Shown here in pieces: positions 15,701 through 20,000 of a stretch of DNA of 20,000 bases. This stretch comes from an uncultured virus (IMG/VR IMGVR_UViG_3300020379_000824) (taxonomy: Duplodnaviria > Heunggongvirae > Uroviricota > Caudoviricetes): IMG/VR virus record IMGVR_UViG_3300020379_000824, positions 54,444-74,443 of that record, one strand, 5' to 3'. The notes under the pieces are model-generated. The model saw only the letters and a list, made by a program, of their open reading frames with translations, ran no database searches and was not told where the DNA came from. How positions within the stretch are numbered: position 1 is the stretch's first letter; each line of letters opens with the position of its first letter. The position numbers and the translations under genes were made by a program.

Positions 15701-18332
15701 CATCTGCTAATGCACCAATGTAACCATATGAACAGTTACCGTTTGTAGCACGTATTACTCCACCGTTTTCTGCTAGATATCCTACCTGTGCATAGTACGT
15801 AAACACTGATACAAGTTCTGCTCTACCATTGTTAAGAACGTGAGCGCCTATACCATCACTAATTACCTGTGTAAAGTCGTTGGACACAATTGATTTGTTA
15901 CCACCTGCGTGTAATGCGCCATCAATTTTTTGTCCTGTACAATTGTTACCAAATGTAGATACACCTTGAATATATGGAGAACGTGTTGTAATCCAAACTT
16001 TGCTATCTGCTGTACCCCAACCTGGATCAAGTGAAATATAATTAGGTCCAGTTGGTCTTTGATATTGTTCAAAAACGTTTGGCGGATTAAGTGTACCTGT
16101 TAAACCATCTAGTGTACACTGTCTAACACCACAAGCATCTCTTACATAGAACATGTCTGATAGTTGACTACCTTGTACCATGCTTTTGTAAAACTTACCT
16201 TCTCTTAAAATTCTATAGTTTCCTTCATATCTTAAATCATATGCAAGTGCATTACAAATTCTGTGCATGTCATCGTTATAAATTGCACTGTCATATACGT
16301 AATCACTAAATGTGTTGTCAAGATATGCTGTTGCTTCTTTCATTAAGAAGTCTTTGTTTGTTTCGATCATTCTTGCAGCATTTAATCTGTTTGTTTGATC
16401 TGTAATTTCATTAGTACCAGTAACAACAGGATCAGTTCCTGTGCTTTGTACGTGGAAGTTAATGTACTGTATGTAAGCAGATAATCCGTTGTCAACTAAG
16501 TTCGCTGCAACTGAGTCAGATGTAACTTGAACATAGTCAATAATTTCTAATCCGTCTCCTGTTGGTGGTCCTGGATTAAATGTTCCTGTTGGAATAGCAT
16601 CTGTAATTACTGTAACTTCAGCATCATTTCCTGATTGCTTTGTAAAGTTTGTACCTGTTAAAATATTTCTAATAACACCTTGTAAATGAACTGCTACAGC
16701 ATTTCTATATACAGCATCACTTGCCATAGAAGCAATTGCTTGTCTTGGTTTAATTTTAGAAGATCTAATTTCGTCACCAAGTACAACTGTTCTAGCAGGT
16801 AAACTAATTGGAAGTATTTCTTCGTATACTCCAGTTGTTAATTGAATTGTGTTTGTTCCTGTCCAGCCATCGTCAGCAAGTTCTGCTGCAAATCTAATTG
16901 TTTTAACTGGTTTGAAAGGATCAATACCTGCGTTAGGATTTGATCTATCGTCAACACCAATTATCGGATCAACATGGAAAAATCTTGCACTTCTTCCCCA
17001 GTTGTCGTATTCAATTGTATCATCTGGTCCAACTTGTAAAAGTTTTTCTGCTGTATCAATTGGAACATTTGTAGCACCTAATGTAGATCCGTCACCAGCA
17101 ATAGTTCTGCTTAAACCAAATGTTAATAAATCACCTGGATTAACAAGTCCAACATTTTCTGCACCAGCTAATAAAAGATCCCAATATTCAAATCCACTAC
17201 CGTTATCTCCTGGGAAGTTTTCAGAACCTGCTGTATGTTCTACGTTTGCTTTATATGCGCTACCTCTGTAAGTAACTACATCTCCTACTGCGTAAACTGT
17301 TGAAATAGTCCAAGCATTTTTCCATGCTTGACCTTGAATAATAAGATCCCAGTTACCTGCATCAAGATAGTCTAATGAACTTCCGTCATCTGTTGAATCT
17401 AGTGTAGCAACATAAATTGATCCACCTCTTTCAACAACATCACCTGTTTTATATTGTGTTCCAGTAGCCCATGTACCTGCAAGATTTACACCTTTTGAAA
17501 TTACTGCCCAATCAACTTCTGTTGGTTGATAGATTGAATCTCCAGGAGTACGTGCATAGTTATTTGTAAGTGATTGATAAACATAACCACCGTGTTGTAC
17601 AACATCACCAATGCCATAATATTCAGCACCTGTCCATGTTCCTCTAATTTTAGCACCTGGTGCTTCTAAAATAAAGTTTGATGCTGCTAAATTAGTTGTT
17701 GATGTGTGTCCTGTTAAAACTCTTAAAAGTGATCCACCATACTTAACAAGGTCTTGTGCTTTATATCTAGTATCACTAGCAAATTCACCTTTGTAAGTTT
17801 TACCATAGTAGTAAGTTGCCCACTTAAATTGGTCGTCTTCTAAACCTAATGCTGCTGTTGCTGCTGAAGTATGCGCAGTAACACATTTATAAACAATACC
17901 GCCGTAGTTAACAACATCTCCTACACCATATGTAGTTGCTACAGTCCAGTCGCTCCCCCAGTCTGCACCAGGTACAAACACTGCCCAATTAGCAATGTCA
18001 GCATTAAAGTCTGCTGTTGATGTGTGTCCTGTTGTGTTGATGAAAAGAGTACCACCGTTATCTACAATGTCTCCGTTATAATAAGTCGTTGATGGTGTCC
18101 ATGCACCTTTAAATTCTCTACCATCAGACATTTTCAACCATGCTGGTTGTCCGATTGTATCACCTGGTGGAACGTAATCTATATCTGCTTTAAAGTCTGC
18201 AGATGTGTGTCCTCTAAGTGCAATATATACACTACCTCCATACTGTACAACATCATCAATGATGTATGCAGTTGAAGTTGTCCATGGTCCTTTCCAAGTA
18301 TATCTAATTCGACTTATCTTAAACTCTGCCAT
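12744..18332 (-). CDS. Giant multidomain virion/tail appendage protein (1862 aa), paralogue of 4849..12675
   Basis: Starts MAEFKISRIRYTWKGPW versus MAEFKLGRIRFVWKGDW. Has 7 CBM-like repeats, a near-identical GQKIDGALH.GGN.SIVSNDFTQVISDGIGA.V.NNGRAELVSVFTYY block, a propeller and the shared C-terminus. Confidence 0.85.
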   Translation of the reverse strand: MAEFKISRIRYTWKGPWTTSTAYIIDDVVQYGGSVYIALRGHTSADFKADIDYVPPGDTIGQPAWLKMSDGREFKGAWTPSTTYYNGDIVDNGGTLFINTTGHTSTADFNADIANWAVFVPGADWGSDWTVATTYGVGDVVNYGGIVYKCVTAHTSAATAALGLEDDQFKWATYYYGKTYKGEFASDTRYKAQDLVKYGGSLLRVLTGHTSTTNLAASNFILEAPGAKIRGTWTGAEYYGIGDVVQHGGYVYQSLTNNYARTPGDSIYQPTEVDWAVISKGVNLAGTWATGTQYKTGDVVERGGSIYVATLDSTDDGSSLDYLDAGNWDLIIQGQAWKNAWTISTVYAVGDVVTYRGSAYKANVEHTAGSENFPGDNGSGFEYWDLLLAGAENVGLVNPGDLLTFGLSRTIAGDGSTLGATNVPIDTAEKLLQVGPDDTIEYDNWGRSARFFHVDPIIGVDDRSNPNAGIDPFKPVKTIRFAAELADDGWTGTNTIQLTTGVYEEILPISLPARTVVLGDEIRSSKIKPRQAIASMASDAVYRNAVAVHLQGVIRNILTGTNFTKQSGNDAEVTVITDAIPTGTFNPGPPTGDGLEIIDYVQVTSDSVAANLVDNGLSAYIQYINFHVQSTGTDPVVTGTNEITDQTNRLNAARMIETNKDFLMKEATAYLDNTFSDYVYDSAIYNDDMHRICNALAYDLRYEGNYRILREGKFYKSMVQGSQLSDMFYVRDACGVRQCTLDGLTGTLNPPNVFEQYQRPTGPNYISLDPGWGTADSKVWITTRSPYIQGVSTFGNNCTGQKIDGALHAGGNKSIVSNDFTQVISDGIGAHVLNNGRAELVSVFTYYAQVGYLAENGGVIRATNGNCSYGYIGALADGTDPSETPITATLNNRLEEAQIVSAFAGEVNDEILALEFRTCGQNYTNAEYTFVGSGTNAAVIQEDYRDDSMFEARIVTGEASSAAGGGGFTLIGNNAQTGDDLTVTIATNDDNEEANLLGLRIILTSGPGTGQYGYVHAYNSTSKVVTVYKESDSTPGWDHVVPGTPILTQLLTGTTYRFEPRVIFDQPPFSHAVSTLDAGTTWGGVTYGETSGVFTSISATGTGTGTTIGVPAANPTFDITKLGKDYTITLRNGGAGYAVGDTLTILGTSLGAGDDNNITITVHSVTDDSTNSIVTFEHSGFAESGRFVAVASTGTTVNYSLNGTSWSTTNLPSSGVWNSIAAGNGRFVAIKDSSDVGAYSLNGNTWTPFTLPASTNWADVAFGNPVYDEVQANLFVAVSTSGNNAALSTNGGATWSAINFPAAGDSTINQWTSVTYGKGQFVAIAQSNNLAAVGTWNGSTISWTTYIMDVIADSSQRDWKRVAYGNNRYVAIADTGEIGYSFDGQTWYPATTPLLDGSTLLQWNDLKYGQGVFMALYDTAGRAIAGDATTGPVQYIYTSEDGIHWQERDLEGTGNWNRCAFGNPDADPTDGVDNRKGRWVILDRDVKFAHKVVYTGKQIKGRADVAAGSIGVVKLWDPGSGYDPVNTPVGYTVIDPNNTGELELDMTRFADGVLAQPSWTNRGNAYKTSTTTVTVTGDGFADIIPVGKFVTVSGMPVVIGPGAQLRLNGNPELYTVVVIEQESVDTGGTFTLRFRVSPELKIEDDPTTNHGNGVTINTRYSQCRISNHDFLDIGTGNFTQTNYPALYAQNYISYPENEVQEINGGRVFYSSTDQSGNFRVGELFAVEQATGIVTISADFFDLAGLTELALGGIRVGGTGTIIREFSTDPLFIADSNNIIPTQRAIKAYLTNRLNVGGADLLTASFIAGTVKIGPDEIGNTAGQAVNVPVMFELQGPKAGIGGSYLAQALFYRSFEHRGIRTD
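13890..15095 (-). repeat. Asp-box/BNR-type beta-propeller repeats in the 1862-aa protein
   Basis: YSLNGTSW, YSLNGNTW, LSTNGGATW, YSFDGQTW, TSEDGIHW with intervening GNGRFVAI/YGKGQFVAI/YGNNRYVAI. Boundaries approximate. Confidence 0.75.
17163..18296 (-). repeat. Seven tandem CBM5/12-like repeats in the 1862-aa protein
   Basis: WKGPWTTSTAYIIDDVVQYGGSVY...HTS through WKNAWTISTVYAVGDVVTYRGSAY...HT; seven units counted by eye. Confidence 0.75.
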
Positions 18333-18342
18333 TTATCTACCC

Positions 18343-18708
18343 CTAACTTGATGTTCCTGACGGATAAGCATAGTTCTGGTTAATTCGCTGAACTAACATA
18401 CCTTCATCGTCTACGTAATATAATATGCTTCTTTGGTCCCATTTATATTGAGTCCAATACATATTCTCTTTGTCTTTAATATGGTTAACATTAATACCGT
18501 CAAAAAAGTCAACACCTGGCTCCAAGTCCTCAAAAGTCTCATCTGGTGGACCAGGTAAGTTAATATCAATTGAATCTTTATCTTTCAATTGATCACTTCT
18601 TAGAAGATATAATTCACCATCCTCATTTCTTCTTATTGCATAAAAATATCTAGGGCTATCACCTAGTGATTCATCTGGGCTTTGTCCGAAATAATATGGA
18701 TTTGGCAT
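18343..18708 (-). CDS. Hypothetical protein, probably virion-associated (121 aa, acidic/aromatic)
   Basis: Clean ORF tightly packed in the operon with a GGAGG SD. No recognisable family; function inferred from context only. Confidence 0.7.
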   Translation of the reverse strand: MPNPYYFGQSPDESLGDSPRYFYAIRRNEDGELYLLRSDQLKDKDSIDINLPGPPDETFEDLEPGVDFFDGINVNHIKDKENMYWTQYKWDQRSILYYVDDEGMLVQRINQNYAYPSGTSS

Positions 18709-18721
18709 ACTCTATTCCTCC

Positions 18722-19054
18722 CTATGATATCTCTACGAAACTAACTGTTGCATCAACACTTGATTCCGTATCACTTGTTATTCTTAAACCAGCCGTTGCT
18801 GGCAAAATTAATCTTTCACCTTGCGTAATTACTTTAGCACTCGAACCCGGAGGTATCGGTACTGATCTAGCATAGTTACCAACTGTTGAATTTTCGTCAA
18901 CTACTTGTACGTCAACAACAACTGTATCGTAATCCGAATTGTTTGCAAGGTTACAACCTACTACGGTTGCTTTAACACCTTCTTGAATCTGTAATACGTC
19001 AGTAGGTGTTGTTCCAATGTCTGTTACTACGCTCTGTTTAAATACTGTTGGCAT
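18722..19054 (-). CDS. Small all-beta virion structural protein (110 aa; start corrected to MPTVFK)
   Basis: The ORF-track start at 19168 overlaps the upstream gene. ATG at 19054 follows a GAGG SD overlapping the upstream TAG. Pattern ATVVGCNLAN..V.VDVQV...VPIPPGSS....G.RLIL....LRI.SD....VDA.VS.VEI resembles 4503..4823. Confidence 0.7.
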   Translation of the reverse strand: MPTVFKQSVVTDIGTTPTDVLQIQEGVKATVVGCNLANNSDYDTVVVDVQVVDENSTVGNYARSVPIPPGSSAKVITQGERLILPATAGLRITSDTESSVDATVSFVEIS

Positions 19055-19065
19055 ACTATCTTCCT

Positions 19066-20000
19066 CTATCCTAACATTAATGCATACGATGATGCAATTG
19101 TGTTTGCTTGAATTTCTGATACCGCTCCTGATGCACCTGCTGGACTTGCCCATGCAGTACCTGTCCAAATTTCAATTGCTTTTGCATCTGTGTTATATCT
19201 TGTCATGCCTGCAACTGCATATGAAGTTGGACGTTGTGCGTCATTACCTCTTGGTGGAACAAAACCGTTGTTAGTATCAATTTTAAAATAACCTGTTCCG
19301 CTTTGTACAATCTGTGTAATGCCACCTGGTTGTACGTTAGTAATTGTATTTCCTGAAAATCTAAAGTTACCTAATCTAGCACCACCAGTTCCATTACCTT
19401 CAATAGTAAAGTCAGTACCAGACGCTGCTGTAATTGTGCTATCTCTAAATGTTAAGTCGCCAATGTCAAGTGTTGGAAGATTCAATGTTGTTGTATATAA
19501 ATCAGCAACATGGATTTCTTTCCATCTTGTTGTAGCGTTACCTAACGTATATGTGTTGTCAGTTTCTGGAATAAGATCACTTGCAATCGCAGCATTAAAT
19601 TCGATAGTGTCTGTATCTGCGTCACCAATAACAATGTTACCACCAATAGTGATATCACCGCCTGTATTAATGTTACCAGTAACATACAAGTCACCAGTAA
19701 TATTTGTGTTACCTATAACTTCTAATGTACCTGCGCCATTAGGACGAAGTTCTAAATTAGTGTTAGAAACTGTTGTTGAAATTGTGTTACCTGTAAGTTG
19801 CAAATCATCTACTTGTAACTTAGAATTATAAATTACTGGATCTGAACCTGAAGGTGCAAATGAAATGGTATCAAGCGTACTGGAAATAGTGTTACCAGTA
19901 ATGCTTAAATTTCCTACATCTAGTTGATTGTCTACTGTGAGTGTTGTTGATCTTGTTGTACCTACAACATCGATATCCGTGGTGGGAGAAGAGTTGTTTA
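19066..20000 (-). CDS. Tail fibre protein with beta-repeat shaft; 5' end beyond window
   Basis: The frame stays open from the window edge (NNSSPTTDIDVVGTTRSTTLTVDNQLDVGNLSITGNTISS...), so TTG at 19803 is not the start. Repeated (I/L)TGNTIS...L.L.P.G.G units, a DLIPETDNTYTLGNATTRW fibre motif, and a C-terminal GNDAQRP....GMTRYNT....EIW.G..W motif. Confidence 0.75.
   Translation of the reverse strand, partial: NNSSPTTDIDVVGTTRSTTLTVDNQLDVGNLSITGNTISSTLDTISFAPSGSDPVIYNSKLQVDDLQLTGNTISTTVSNTNLELRPNGAGTLEVIGNTNITGDLYVTGNINTGGDITIGGNIVIGDADTDTIEFNAAIASDLIPETDNTYTLGNATTRWKEIHVADLYTTTLNLPTLDIGDLTFRDSTITAASGTDFTIEGNGTGGARLGNFRFSGNTITNVQPGGITQIVQSGTGYFKIDTNNGFVPPRGNDAQRPTSYAVAGMTRYNTDAKAIEIWTGTAWASPAGASGAVSEIQANTIASSYALMLG

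Noticed and set aside
4849..19068. Stop-codon reassignment (TAG read-through) as in some large phages
   Set aside because: Multi-kb ORFs are intact under the standard code, and TAG ends four genes (4849, 18343, 18722, 19066), each followed by an SD and a new start.
19055..19168. N-terminal 38 aa of the 148-aa ORF call
   Set aside because: Overlaps the upstream fibre gene. The ATG at 19054 has a proper SD and a family-like start.
897..19831. All other plus-strand ORFs and short alternative-frame minus-strand ORFs in the track
   Set aside because: They lie within or across long, well-supported minus-strand genes and are expected shadows of biased codon usage. No RBS or motif support.
1..20000. 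CRISPR array, tRNA/rRNA, intron, intein or transposon
   Set aside because: Intergenic gaps are at most about 116 nt, and I saw no regularly spaced DNA repeats, intein splice motifs or transposase/endonuclease motifs.

Overview
AT-rich, densely coding window in which every credible gene is on the minus strand. It reads as the tail fibre/virion-appendage (late) module of a large T4-like, probably aquatic, bacteriophage. In transcription order (right to left): a 5'-truncated fibre protein; a small beta-sandwich protein; a 121-aa unknown; two giant paralogous virion proteins (1862 and 2608 aa, each with 7 CBM5/12-like repeats, a pectin-lyase-like beta-helix, an Asp-box propeller and a shared C-terminus); a second small beta-sandwich protein; a gp9/gp10/gp34-like protein; three tandem Gly/His-rich fibre-tip paralogues (283/285/284 aa); a tail-fibre-assembly-like protein; a C(UUCG)G intrinsic terminator; then, after its own TAAATA late-promoter-like motif, a PrnA-family flavin-dependent halogenase that runs off the left edge and is absent from the ORF track. 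Most notable: four helical repeats in the 2608-aa protein that match the bilin-attachment helix of phycobiliproteins (CxxD...Y...GG spacing), the triplicated His-rich tips, and the halogenase placed after the fibre genes. All family assignments are by-eye motif recognition, not database searches.
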